Under the pieces are notes generated by a model, which was given only the letters and a program-made list of their open reading frames with translations, was not told the DNA's origin and ran no database searches. Source: Alkanindiges illinoisensis DSM 15370 (GTDB taxonomy: Bacteria; Pseudomonadota; Gammaproteobacteria; Pseudomonadales; Moraxellaceae). From it: a stretch of 32,000 nt of DNA. Each line of letters starts with the position of its first letter. The stretch's first letter is position 1. The stretch lies in the NCBI RefSeq assembly GCF_000619845.1, contig NZ_JHUX01000003.1, forward strand, positions 1,150,064 to 1,182,063, given 5' to 3'. Made by a program: the position numbers and the translations under genes. Shown piece by piece: positions 8,093-17,988 of this stretch.

Positions 8093-9340
8093 TTATTCAG
8101 GCAGGCAGCTTTCCAGTTGCCACAGGTCTTGCAGGGTTTCACGCTGACGCACCACATGCACGTCACTGCCATCGACCATGATTTCAGCCGCACGCGGGCG
8201 AGTGTTGTAGTTACTGCTCATCACAAAACCATATGCCCCGGCACCCATCACGGCCAGCACATCGCCTTCCTGCAAGGATAGCTCTCGCTCTTTACCTAAA
8301 AAATCCCCGGTTTCACAAATGGAACCCACCAGATCCCACTGCTTGCTATCTTGCTCGCGTGGTGCTGCAACCGGCACAATATTCATCCAGGCCTGATATA
8401 GCGACGGACGGATCAGGTCATTCATGGCTGCATCGATCACCGCAAAATTACGGTGCGCGGTAGGCTTTAGCAAATCCACAGTCGTCAGCAACACTCCGGC
8501 ATTGGCACTAATCGCGCGGCCTGGTTCCATATATACTTTCAGGCCCAGCTTGGTTAATGCAGGTTGCAGGCTTTTAGCATATTCGGCAGGTGTTGGCGGG
8601 GTTTCATCGTTATAGCGCACGCCAAGACCGCCGCCAATATCAATATGCTTAAGGTGAATACCCTGCGCTTTCAACTGTTCAATCATTTGTATGATTTTGT
8701 CCAGCGCGTCCACAAAAGGCTGGGTGGTGGTGAGCTGCGAACCAATATGGCAATCAATGCCAACCACATCCAGACCTTGCAGGCTGGCAGCATATTGATA
8801 GGTGTCATACACGGTGTCGCTGGGCACGCCAAACTTGTTTTCTTTGAGACCCGTGGAAATATACGGATGAGTTTGCGCATCCACATCAGGATTAACCCGT
8901 AAGGACACTGGCGCCTTTACGCCCAGACGCTGTGCTACGCCGTCAATGCGGGCCAGTTCGGCATAGGATTCTACATTAAAACAGGCAATACCGACTTTGA
9001 GCGCTTGTTCAATTTCACCTTCAGTTTTACCAAGGCCAGAAAAAACCACCTTGGCCGGATTGCCACCTGCAGCAAGTACACGCGCCAGCTCGCCACCACT
9101 GACAATATCAAAGCCTGCACCCAGACGCGCCAGAACATTCAACACCCCAATATTGGAGTTGGCCTTGACCGCAAAACACACCTGATGGTCAATAAAGGCG
9201 AACGCTTTATCAAAGGCTGTATAGTGCTGCTCGAGGGCAGCCCGTGAATAAACATATAGCGGGGTGCCGTGGGCTTTTGCAATTTCTGCCAGTGATACCT
9301 GCTCGGCATGCAAAATGCCTGCAATACGCTCAAAACTCAT
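8093..9340 (-). CDS. lysA: Diaminopimelate decarboxylase
   Basis: 415-aa ORF with PLP-Lys motif CFAVKANSN, HIDIGGGLG, EPGRAI and GSICETGD, typical of the Orn/DAP/Arg decarboxylase family 2. Adjacent to dapF. Confidence 0.95.
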   Translation of the reverse strand: MSFERIAGILHAEQVSLAEIAKAHGTPLYVYSRAALEQHYTAFDKAFAFIDHQVCFAVKANSNIGVLNVLARLGAGFDIVSGGELARVLAAGGNPAKVVFSGLGKTEGEIEQALKVGIACFNVESYAELARIDGVAQRLGVKAPVSLRVNPDVDAQTHPYISTGLKENKFGVPSDTVYDTYQYAASLQGLDVVGIDCHIGSQLTTTQPFVDALDKIIQMIEQLKAQGIHLKHIDIGGGLGVRYNDETPPTPAEYAKSLQPALTKLGLKVYMEPGRAISANAGVLLTTVDLLKPTAHRNFAVIDAAMNDLIRPSLYQAWMNIVPVAAPREQDSKQWDLVGSICETGDFLGKERELSLQEGDVLAVMGAGAYGFVMSSNYNTRPRAAEIMVDGSDVHVVRQRETLQDLWQLESCLPE

Positions 9341-9422
9341 GAGTTACCTATTATTTCTAAAAAACGAAAGGATAAAATACTTAAAAGCCGACAGCTAAAA
9401 ATCATGCATTAAAATGAAGATA

Positions 9423-9644
9423 TTAATTGGTGACTGCAGTGCCCGGCTCATCTGAAAAATCAGTTTGCGGATTAGGCTGCACTTCGCCATTGGCCTTTTT
9501 CGGCTTAATCAAATAAATGGCTTTGCTGTCTTTGGCAGCATGATCAGAAGGCAGGATCAAAGGCCCTTTTTGCCCACAGGCGGCCAGCCCAAGAGCTGTC
9601 AGGCAAAGCAAGGCAACGGAAAAGTCATAAAAGCCCAGGCGCAT
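9423..9644 (-). CDS. lptM: Small lipoprotein LptM (YifL/LppL family)
   Basis: 73-aa ORF with a signal peptide and lipobox LGLAAC, followed by the conserved GQKGPLILP motif. It sits in the conserved position upstream of lysA-dapF. Confidence 0.8.
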   Translation of the reverse strand: MRLGFYDFSVALLCLTALGLAACGQKGPLILPSDHAAKDSKAIYLIKPKKANGEVQPNPQTDFSDEPGTAVTN

Positions 9645-10093
9645 GATTATTCCTTAAAATAATTCTAAAATTGCGCAGTAGTATAACCCAAGCAAAATCC
9701 ATAGATACGGTTTTTCAGCAAACTCGCACTTGGAGCTGTTTGGCAGTATGTCATCTATCTGGCACTAATCACCTATAACCTTGGTAAAACATGTTTATCT
9801 CTCCAGAATTTTTTTATTAACAGAGCTCGTGCTTTCATAAAATAACCAAACTTACAGAGTTTGACAGGGAAAGCGCACTTTATTGACTGAAAAGCCGGGC
9901 CAGTTCTTTTAAAACTATGATGCACCGTATTGGCAACGCACAGAATTTAATCAAATTAATGACTGGTTTTAAGGCAAGAATTCACTGAATTAGCGTTATC
10001 ACAACCTTTTTAGACCAACCCGATTATGCCCAGGTATTTGCCTTGTCAACCACTTCAGGACAGCAGGCCGAACCCAGGTACAGGAGTAGCACA

Positions 10094-11623
10094 ATGCACG
10101 ATTCAAATGGCGCAACCACCTCACTGTGGCAGGATATTCAGCCGCCCATTTCGGCCAATGGCCAGCAAGCCCCTGACATGACCGTTGATGTCTGTATTGT
10201 CGGTGCCGGGATTAGTGGTCTATCGGTGGCTTATATGCTGAGCCAGGCCGGCAAGAAAGTGGTGGTACTGGATGATGACCCGATTGGCGGTACGATGACT
10301 TCACGTACCACAGCGCATTTGTTTAGCGCACTGGATGACCGTTTTTACAAGCTGGAACGCCTTTTTGGTGAAACTGGGAGCCAGCTTGCTGCAGAGAGTC
10401 ATACCCGCGCCATTGATAAAATCGAAGAAATTGTGCTGCACGAAAACATTGACTGCGAATTTAAACGTGTTGATGGCTATCTTTTTTCCCATACCACTCA
10501 GGATAGCCATGAGCTGGATAAAGAACTTGAGGCAGCACAACGCGCCGGTTTTACCGATGCACAAAAAGTTGATTTTCCGCCACAGCAGCCACAACTTGGC
10601 CCGGCCATTTGCTTTCCACGTCAGGGACAATTTCAGCCGCTGGCTTATGTAGCCGGACTGGCAAAGGCCATTCAGGCCAAAGGTGGACTTTTATATGATG
10701 GCACCCATGTCAGCAAGGTACAGGATGATGCCAGCGAGCCTTATGTCGAAACTTCACACGGCAGTACCATCAAGGCCAGCCAGATTGTTATTGCAACCAA
10801 TAGCCCCATGCACAGTGCCGAGTTTTCAATTAAGCAAGCCCAGTATATGACCTATGCAATTGGCCTGCGCATTCCGCCGGAATCTTACCTGCCTACCCTG
10901 TACTGGGATACTGCGCATAATTATCACTATATCCGCTGTGCTTCCAGCAAACAGGGACATGACGATATTCTGATTGTTGGTGGTGAAGATCACAAGGTTG
11001 GACATGATACCAATACCGATGAGCATTTTGCCGCACTGGAGCAATGGACACGCCAGCATTTTCCATTCGTACAGGAAAAAGTCTATGAATGGTCGGGTGA
11101 AGTGATTGAGCCTATGGATGCGCTGGGTTATATCGGCCTGACGCCACGCCAGAAATCGGTCTACATGATTACGGCAGATTCCGGGCATGGCATGACTCAT
11201 GCCACCATCGGCGGCTTGCTGATTACCGATTTGATTCTGGGACGTGAAAATCCGTGGGCTGAACTATATGATCCTTCACGCCGTACCCTGCATCCGCAAT
11301 CCATTGGCTCCATGCTTAAGGAAGACATCACCGCCAATCTGGCCTATGCAGACTATCTCACCCCGGCCAGCATCAAATCTCCTGATGAGCTGTCCAATGG
11401 CCAGGGTGCCATTATGCAGGACGGGCTGCGCAAGATTGCGGTGTACAAGGATGAACAAGGCGAAGTCCATAAATGCAGTGCAGTCTGTACGCACTGGAAA
11501 GGTTTGGTGCGCTGGAATGACGCCGAAAAAACCTGGGACTGTCCCGTACATGGCTCGCGCTTTAATGCCTGTGGCAAGCTAATCCAAGGCCCAGCCAATA
11601 AAGACCTTGATCCGGTTGAGTAG
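10094..11623 (+). CDS. FAD-dependent oxidoreductase fused to a C-terminal Rieske [2Fe-2S] domain
   Basis: DVCIVGAGISGLSVAYML dinucleotide-binding fold at the N-terminus. The C-terminal Rieske ligands are CTHWKG...CPVHGSRF. The start was refined to ATG 10094, which has an AGGAG SD 7 nt upstream; the track start at 10043 is TTG. Confidence 0.85.
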   Translation: MHDSNGATTSLWQDIQPPISANGQQAPDMTVDVCIVGAGISGLSVAYMLSQAGKKVVVLDDDPIGGTMTSRTTAHLFSALDDRFYKLERLFGETGSQLAAESHTRAIDKIEEIVLHENIDCEFKRVDGYLFSHTTQDSHELDKELEAAQRAGFTDAQKVDFPPQQPQLGPAICFPRQGQFQPLAYVAGLAKAIQAKGGLLYDGTHVSKVQDDASEPYVETSHGSTIKASQIVIATNSPMHSAEFSIKQAQYMTYAIGLRIPPESYLPTLYWDTAHNYHYIRCASSKQGHDDILIVGGEDHKVGHDTNTDEHFAALEQWTRQHFPFVQEKVYEWSGEVIEPMDALGYIGLTPRQKSVYMITADSGHGMTHATIGGLLITDLILGRENPWAELYDPSRRTLHPQSIGSMLKEDITANLAYADYLTPASIKSPDELSNGQGAIMQDGLRKIAVYKDEQGEVHKCSAVCTHWKGLVRWNDAEKTWDCPVHGSRFNACGKLIQGPANKDLDPVE

Positions 11624-11685
11624 TTTTTCGGATTGAATATTTTTTCAGGCAAACAATCAGCCAGTCAAAATTAATAGCTGTAAAT

Positions 11686-11718
11686 CAAAAAGCCAGCCAG
11701 TCCATCTGCTGGCTTTTT
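11686..11718. terminator. Rho-independent terminator after the FAD/Rieske gene
   Basis: AGCCAGCCAG-tccat-CTGCTGGCT hairpin (9 bp with one bulge), flanked by an A-run and followed by TTTTT. Confidence 0.75.
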
Positions 11719-11838
11719 AACAGTTGAAAATTCATTACTTCTAAAAATTCATCGCTGCTCAATTGCACGTGAACTATGCTATAACAACCAAGATTTTCAA
11801 TTAAAATACTACTCAGGTCAGGGACAACAAGGATTGTT

Positions 11839-12777
11839 ATGTCTAGCAAAATTAGATCAACCCAAGTCAGGTCTACCGATAATCAATCTGGCAAGCACAG
11901 CAAGAAAAAAACCATCTTAAGCCGCTTACTAAATCAACCAGAGCGCAGTTGGTATACACCCGTTGCAAAATCTGCAAACAGCACGCTGGAAATTTTGTAT
12001 CTGGGCACAGCAGGTTTTGTGCTGAAAAGTCAGAACCGGATTATCGCGCTTGATCCCTATATCAGCCGCCCTTCACTGTGGCAATCTTTGAGCCAGCCTT
12101 TAGTGCCAAATACCGCCCTGATTGAACAGCTTATTCCTGAAGCCGATGACGTGTTGATTGGCCACGCGCATTATGACCATATTCTGGATGCGCCGCAGCT
12201 TTGCCGCTCTACCGGGGCACGCCTGATTGGTTCGACGGCTACCATCATGGTTGGGCGTGCAGCAGGCTTGCCCGAAGCACAACTGGTCGAAACCCAGGGC
12301 CATGAAATAATTGAATCTGGGAGCTGGCAGGTTCGTGGCCTGCCATCCATTCATGGCAAGGCTGCATTTGGACGCATTCCGCTGCCGGGCGACATGACCG
12401 AGCCACCGCCGTGGCCGCCCCGGTTTTATCAGCTCAAGCATGGACTGGTTTTAAACTGGCTGGTGGATACCGGTAACCTCAAGGTCGTGCATATTGATTC
12501 TGCCGATTTTATTGAAGAAGAACTGGCAGGCGTACAGGCAGATATTGTGTGCCTGTGTGCAATTGGCCGTCATTATCGCCCCAATTATGTGAAGGATGTA
12601 GTGCGCCTGCTACAACCCAAGTGGATTATTCCCTGCCACTGGGACAGCATGGTTACGCCAATCCATGACACGCCAGACCTGCTGCCACAAGTCGATATGC
12701 CGGGCATGATTGAGGAAATCCGGGCTGCTGGCTGTGAACCAGTGGTGATGCCCATTTTAGGTAAGGCCTGGTTTTAA
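11839..12777 (+). CDS. MBL-fold metallo-hydrolase
   Basis: 312-aa ORF with an AGGA SD 5 nt upstream and the metallo-beta-lactamase motif GHAHYDH (HxHxDH). It has a basic Ser/Lys-rich N-terminal extension. Confidence 0.8.
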   Translation: MSSKIRSTQVRSTDNQSGKHSKKKTILSRLLNQPERSWYTPVAKSANSTLEILYLGTAGFVLKSQNRIIALDPYISRPSLWQSLSQPLVPNTALIEQLIPEADDVLIGHAHYDHILDAPQLCRSTGARLIGSTATIMVGRAAGLPEAQLVETQGHEIIESGSWQVRGLPSIHGKAAFGRIPLPGDMTEPPPWPPRFYQLKHGLVLNWLVDTGNLKVVHIDSADFIEEELAGVQADIVCLCAIGRHYRPNYVKDVVRLLQPKWIIPCHWDSMVTPIHDTPDLLPQVDMPGMIEEIRAAGCEPVVMPILGKAWF

Positions 12778-12814
12778 ACAGCGTTACGTTACTACTTTGC
12801 AATTACATGCATTC

Positions 12815-12837
12815 AAAAGCCAGAATTACGCTGGTTT
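12815..12837. terminator. Weak hairpin/terminator between the MBL gene and the DUF1348-like gene (copy 1 of a repeated 22-mer)
   Basis: AAGCCAG-aattacg-CTGGTTT stem (includes one G-U pair) with T-rich sequence after it. It is 20/22 identical to the hairpin at 13480-13501. Confidence 0.45.
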
Positions 12838-12873
12838 GATTATTTAATTCAAAACAAGTTTCAGTTTAAAGGC

Positions 12874-13365
12874 TTATAGGCCCAGTGCTGATAAACCGGG
12901 ATGATCATCAGGGCGGCGTCCCAGCGGCCAGTGAAACTTGCGTTCATTCTCATTAATGGGCAAATCATTGATGCTGGCGTAGCGCTTTGTCATCAAGCCA
13001 TTTTCATCAAATTCCCAGTTTTCATTGCCATACGAGCGAAACCAGTTGCCGGAGTCATCATGCCACTCATAGGCGTAGCGCACCGCAATCCGGTGATCAG
13101 TAAACGCCCACAACTCCTTGATCAGCCGGTATTCCAGTTCCTTGGCCCATTTGCGCTCCAGAAACCGACGTGCATCTTCACGGTTATGGATAAACTCGGC
13201 ACGATTACGCCACTGGGTATCTAAACTATAAGCCAGTGCCACTTTGGCAGCATCGCGACTGTTCCAGCCATCTTCTGCCATGCGCACTTTCTGAATAGCG
13301 GTTTCAAAGTTAAACGGAGGCAAAGGATGGCGAATTTCTTCTGGTAGCTGCATGGTTTTTCTCAT
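12874..13365 (-). CDS. DUF1348-like (NTF2-like superfamily) protein
   Basis: 163-aa [26 protein letters not shown]...WRNRAEF...[10 protein letters not shown]...[33 protein letters not shown] matches my recollection of the DUF1348 family pattern. The start could also be the internal Met at 13353. Confidence 0.7.
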   Translation of the reverse strand: MRKTMQLPEEIRHPLPPFNFETAIQKVRMAEDGWNSRDAAKVALAYSLDTQWRNRAEFIHNREDARRFLERKWAKELEYRLIKELWAFTDHRIAVRYAYEWHDDSGNWFRSYGNENWEFDENGLMTKRYASINDLPINENERKFHWPLGRRPDDHPGLSALGL

Positions 13366-13482
13366 TTGGATTTGGTTTTATATCACTGTGTTTATTAGAT
13401 TAACTTTCTTATGAAGTCAAATCTTGAATGATTAAATAAAAATTAATAGCAAAATAATTAAACCATTTTTATTCCAATAAAA

Positions 13483-13501
13483 AGCCAGCATTACGCTGGC
13501 T
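13483..13501 (-). terminator. Rho-independent terminator of cycA (copy 2 of the repeated 22-mer)
   Basis: AGCCAGC-attac-GCTGGCT, a perfect 7-bp stem. On the minus strand it is followed by TTTTTATT. A second hairpin (TGCACATT-catgc-AATGTGCA, 13515-13535) lies immediately after the cycA stop. Confidence 0.75.
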
Positions 13502-13551
13502 CTTGGAATTCCATTGCACATTCATGCAATGTGCATCACTTCAATCTAGCA

Positions 13552-14958
13552 CTAAACCTGCTTGCGTTTCATCACCAGATAACCAATGGCCAGAACCACC
13601 AGCCAGACCGGGCTAACAATAAGCGACTGCCGCGTGTCTGGTTCCAGAATCAGGATAAACACGGTAAAAATAAAAAATGCAATCACGGCATAGCACATGG
13701 CAACGCCGCCGGGCATCTTGAATTTAGAGGCTGCATGCAACTGCGGACGGGTCTTACGATACTTGATGTATGACAGCAGCACAATAATCCACACACAAAT
13801 AAACAAAATGGTGGATAGCGTTGTTACCAGCGTAAATGCAGTGATGGTATTGGGCACAAAATATTGCAGCAATGCGCCAGACATAATCAGCACACAGGAA
13901 AAGATCAGGCCATTGGCAGGCACAGCCACACTGGACAAACGCTCAAAAAAGCTGGGCGCTTGCTTGTCTTTTGCCAAACCAAACAACATGCGACTGGTAG
14001 AAAAAATACCGCTATTCATCGATGACATGACTGACGACAACACCACCAGATTCATGACAATCGCCGCCACCGGAATACCCGCCAGCAGGAACAATTCCAC
14101 AAACGGGCTTTTGTCCGGCACCACTGAACGCCATGGCGTCACCGACATTACCACCACCAGCGACAATACATAAAACAGGATCACCCGAATAGGAATGGAG
14201 TTAATTGCCTTAGGCAGGTTCTTTTCCGGGTCTTTGGTTTCTGCTGCTGTGGTCCCAACCAGTTCAATCCCTACAAAGGCAAAAATGGCAATCTGGAACC
14301 CAGCCAGAAAACCTTTTAAGCCATTGGGGAACATACCGCCATCTGTCCACAAATTGGACAGGGACGCCACCGAACCACTAGGCGAGGTAAAGGCGGTAAG
14401 CACCATATAAAGCCCGGCGCAAATTAGCGCAACAATGGCAACAATCTTGATCAGGGCAAACCAGAACTCAACTTCACCAAACAGCTTAACGGTGAGCAGA
14501 TTCAGTCCCATTAAAAACAGCACACAGCCTGCACTAATGGCTGCACCACCCAGCGGGGTAAACTGCGTGCCCTCCGGTAGCCAGAAGGTCAGGTAATTGA
14601 CAATGGCAGTCAGGTCTGCAATACAAATCGATACCCAGCACAGCCAATAGGTCCAACCGGTAAAAAACCCAGCCCATGGTCCTAACAGATCATACGCCAT
14701 ATCCACAAATGACTTATATTGCAGATTGGACAGCAACAATTCGCCCAGTGCCCTCATCACGAAGAACACCATCAGGCCAATGATCATGTAAATAAAAATA
14801 ATGGATGGGCCAGCAAGGCTAATGGTTTTGCCTGAACCCATAAACAGGCCGGTACCAATCGCGCCACCAATTGCAATCAGCTGTAAATGACGGTTCTGTA
14901 ATTTACGCTGCAAATGGTCTGGCGATGACTGACTCACGGCATCATCGTTTGACATCAT
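13552..14958 (-). CDS. cycA: D-serine/D-alanine/glycine APC-family transporter
   Basis: 468-aa polytopic ORF. NRHLQLIAIGGAIGTGLFMGSGKTISLAGPSIIFIYMIIG, ...FVGIELVGTTAAETKDPEKNLPKAINSIPIR and further blocks are near-collinear with E. coli CycA as I remember it. Confidence 0.85.
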   Translation of the reverse strand: MMSNDDAVSQSSPDHLQRKLQNRHLQLIAIGGAIGTGLFMGSGKTISLAGPSIIFIYMIIGLMVFFVMRALGELLLSNLQYKSFVDMAYDLLGPWAGFFTGWTYWLCWVSICIADLTAIVNYLTFWLPEGTQFTPLGGAAISAGCVLFLMGLNLLTVKLFGEVEFWFALIKIVAIVALICAGLYMVLTAFTSPSGSVASLSNLWTDGGMFPNGLKGFLAGFQIAIFAFVGIELVGTTAAETKDPEKNLPKAINSIPIRVILFYVLSLVVVMSVTPWRSVVPDKSPFVELFLLAGIPVAAIVMNLVVLSSVMSSMNSGIFSTSRMLFGLAKDKQAPSFFERLSSVAVPANGLIFSCVLIMSGALLQYFVPNTITAFTLVTTLSTILFICVWIIVLLSYIKYRKTRPQLHAASKFKMPGGVAMCYAVIAFFIFTVFILILEPDTRQSLIVSPVWLVVLAIGYLVMKRKQV

Positions 14959-15281
14959 GAAAAATTTCCCTAATTTTGTTGTGCCTTACCCAAGCAAAAT
15001 ATATTCCTGAATGACAGCCTGCTGAAAAACAGCCCATGGTTTTTTATCACCACTGTAATGCTGGCGCTTGCAGATCCCTCATGGTTGTAAGGCAAAAATA
15101 AGCCTGTCCATTTAACAATGAAGTGCCCGGCGATACAACCTGCCATACGATACATTGCTTAATTTTATCGCGGGGTTACTCCATCAAAACACGTCAGATC
15201 ACGACGCATTTTGCATTAAAATCCATTTTTGCAGATTAAAACCCGCTAAAATAAGCCTCATTTATTAAAACAACGGACACA

Positions 15282-16676
15282 ATGAGCAAAGTCAAAACCC
15301 AGTACGCTTGCCAGCAATGTGGCACGATTCATCCCAAATGGTCTGGCCAGTGCAGCGATTGTGGCGAATGGAACTGTCTGGTTGAAAGCAAGCCAGAAGC
15401 GGCCTCAACCCACCGTGCCAAAGCGGGCATCGTGGCGGGCGGCTATGCAGGTCAGGCCAGTAGCGTCACCAAGCTCAACAAAATCAGCATGGCACGTGAA
15501 ACCCGGCTAAGCACTGGCATTGGTGAGTTTGACCGGGTACTGGGCGGCGGGCTGGTCACAGGCTCAGTGGTACTGATTGGCGGTGATCCGGGCATTGGCA
15601 AGTCCACCATTCTGCTGCAAACCATGACACATATGGCAGAACAGGCTGGTGAAGGCACTCGTGCGCTGTATGTGACGGGTGAAGAGTCACTGTCACAGGT
15701 AGCCTTGCGTGCCCAGCGTCTGGACTTGCCTACCCATCAATTAAGTGTGATGGCCGAAACCTGTGTAGAAACCATCTGCGCTACACTGGCGCAGGAAAAA
15801 CCTGCTGTTGCCGTGCTGGATTCCATTCAAACCCTGTATACCGAAAGCCTGCAATCTGCACCGGGTGGCGTGGCGCAAATCCGTGAATCGGCTGCTCTGC
15901 TCACCCGCTATGCCAAAAATTCCGGCACTGCCCTGTTTCTGGTCGGCCATGTCACCAAGGAAGGTGCACTGGCGGGGCCGCGTGTGCTGGAACACATGGT
16001 GGATTGCGTCCTGTATTTTGAAGGTGAATCTGACTCACGTTTTCGAATGATTCGTGCGGTCAAAAACCGTTTTGGTGCAGTGAATGAACTGGGCGTGTTT
16101 GCCATGACGGATCGAGGCTTGCGTGAAGTACCCAATCCCTCAGCCATTTTTTTAAGCCGTTATGATGAAGCCATTCCCGGCAGTATTGTGATGGTAAGCC
16201 GTGAAGGCACCCGTCCGCTACTGGTGGAAGTTCAGGCGCTGGTGGATGATGCCCATGCCCAGCCACGCCGTGTTGCACTGGGTCTGGACCAGAACCGACT
16301 TGCCATGCTGCTGGCCGTGATGCACCGGCACGGTGGCGTGCAAACCACGGGTCAGGATGTGTTTGTCAACGTGGTGGGTGGGGTCAAGGTCATGGAAACT
16401 GGTTCTGACCTTGCCGTACTGCTGGCTGTTGCTTCCAGTTTACGCGGTAAGGCCTTGCCACAGCATCTGGCCGTGTTTGGCGAAGTGGGCCTGTCCGGTG
16501 AAATCCGTCCGGTGCCTAACGGTCAGGAACGCCTGCGTGAAGCAGTCAAACATGGCTTTAAAACTGCTATTGTGCCGCGTGCCAATATGCCACAGCAAGC
16601 GATTAAAGGCCTTAACGTCATTGCGGTTGGCCGCCTGCATGAAGCACTGGATGCCGCCCTGCAAATGGACAGCTAG
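15282..16676 (+). CDS. radA: DNA repair protein RadA (Sms)
   Basis: N-terminal zinc ribbon CQQCG...CSDCGEWN, Walker A GGDPGIGKST, the RadA-specific KNRFG motif, and a C-terminal Lon-protease-like domain. Confidence 0.95.
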   Translation: MSKVKTQYACQQCGTIHPKWSGQCSDCGEWNCLVESKPEAASTHRAKAGIVAGGYAGQASSVTKLNKISMARETRLSTGIGEFDRVLGGGLVTGSVVLIGGDPGIGKSTILLQTMTHMAEQAGEGTRALYVTGEESLSQVALRAQRLDLPTHQLSVMAETCVETICATLAQEKPAVAVLDSIQTLYTESLQSAPGGVAQIRESAALLTRYAKNSGTALFLVGHVTKEGALAGPRVLEHMVDCVLYFEGESDSRFRMIRAVKNRFGAVNELGVFAMTDRGLREVPNPSAIFLSRYDEAIPGSIVMVSREGTRPLLVEVQALVDDAHAQPRRVALGLDQNRLAMLLAVMHRHGGVQTTGQDVFVNVVGGVKVMETGSDLAVLLAVASSLRGKALPQHLAVFGEVGLSGEIRPVPNGQERLREAVKHGFKTAIVPRANMPQQAIKGLNVIAVGRLHEALDAALQMDS

Positions 16677-16906
16677 TTTTGTTGTTTTTGTTACCAGCGC
16701 CTGCCTAATGGGTTATCTGCCAAGGCTTAAGCCAGGATTTAAAACTTTCTTAATTGTGTGATATTTCATTGCTTTTAAGGCTGGCTTAATGCACTTCAAC
16801 AACAATTCCAAACAGAGTATTTGCTTGAAATTAGGCAGCAAACACTACATTAATGGTTTATCACTTGATGATTTAAACTTGATAATCTAAAAGCAGGAAA
16901 TTGCAG

Positions 16907-17911
16907 ATGCAAATCAATAAGCGTGGTGTCGTGGCAGCGTTGATGATGACGACTTTGGTTTTGTCACCGCTTGCTGAAGCAAAACGGATGGGCGGTGGTA
17001 AAAGTTATGGCATGAGCCGTAGCCATAACAGTAGCTCATCGTCTTCTTACAATCAGGGTTATAACCAGAACCGTCAAACTGCTGCGCCTGTGCAACAGGG
17101 TACTGTCCAGCCACAGCGCTCTGGCCCCGGTGTAGGTACAATGGTTGCTGCGGGTGTGGCAGGTGCTGCGGTTGGTGCCGTGGCTGCTAATGCTCTAGCT
17201 AATGATAATGACCCGGCCACCTCTCGTGATGCAGCAGCTTCTCCTGATGCAGCAACAGCGCAACAGCAAAATGCACAGGCAGCACAAGCTGAACAAAAAA
17301 GCAGTTTTAGCTGGCTGTGGATCGCCATTCTGGCCATTGGTGCATTTTTCCTGTTTAGACGCTTGTCTGCAAAAAAAGCATCTGCTAATGGCAACCCCTT
17401 TGCCCCTAATAGTGCCGGGCCATTTGGTCGCACCAATGTAGCGCCATCACCTACCTCGCGTCCATTCTCTACCGGCGGTGATAATACCAATATCTTTGGT
17501 CAAAGCGTGGGTACAGCAGCAGGTGGTGCATATAGTTCCAGTGGACAGCAACTGCCTGATGGGACTGAACCTGCAGCATTTTTGCGTCAGGCGCGTGCCA
17601 AGTTCCTGCACCTGCAATCCATGAATAGCAGCAGCAATATTGAAGAAGTGCGTCGCTACTTTACACCTGATATGTATGCTGCGGTGCGCAATGAAATTCT
17701 GTCCAATGATGATCTGGCTGAGTTCCCGCAACTCAACGCACAAGTTGTGGACAGTGGCACTGAAAATGGCCAGTACTTTGCCAGCGTGCAATTTAGTGGA
17801 ACAGTCAGTGAAACCTTAAATGCGCAGGCTGTACCGTTTAGCGAAACCTGGCACTTTGTGAAGCCTGCCAATAGCAGCGAATGGCTGGTAGCGGGTATTC
17901 AGCAAAACTAA
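16907..17911 (+). CDS. Tim44-like domain-containing membrane protein
   Basis: Signal peptide, then a Ser/Gln/Ala-rich low-complexity region, then a TM (FSWLWIAILAIGAFFLF), then a C-terminal Tim44-like domain (FLRQARAKFLHLQ...VRRYFTPDMY...WHFVKP...WLVAGIQQ). The start was refined to ATG 16907 (AGGA SD); the track start at 16901 is TTG. Confidence 0.75.
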   Translation: MQINKRGVVAALMMTTLVLSPLAEAKRMGGGKSYGMSRSHNSSSSSSYNQGYNQNRQTAAPVQQGTVQPQRSGPGVGTMVAAGVAGAAVGAVAANALANDNDPATSRDAAASPDAATAQQQNAQAAQAEQKSSFSWLWIAILAIGAFFLFRRLSAKKASANGNPFAPNSAGPFGRTNVAPSPTSRPFSTGGDNTNIFGQSVGTAAGGAYSSSGQQLPDGTEPAAFLRQARAKFLHLQSMNSSSNIEEVRRYFTPDMYAAVRNEILSNDDLAEFPQLNAQVVDSGTENGQYFASVQFSGTVSETLNAQAVPFSETWHFVKPANSSEWLVAGIQQN

Positions 17912-17941
17912 TTTTAACGTTGTTGTGCCCCTGCAATAAGA

Positions 17942-17970
17942 AACCTTCTGTTTAACTCAGGAGGTTTTTT
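17942..17970 (+). terminator. Rho-independent terminator of the Tim44-like gene
   Basis: AACCTTCTG-tttaact-CAGGAGGTT (9 bp, one G-U pair) followed by TTTTTT. Confidence 0.75.
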
Positions 17971-17988
17971 ATTGGATAAAAATCAGGA

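Noticed and set aside
16721-16790. 9-bp inverted repeat TTAAGCCAG / CTGGCTTAA downstream of radA
   Set aside because: The arms are short, the loop is over 40 nt and no U-tract follows. I cannot distinguish it from chance or assign it as a terminator.
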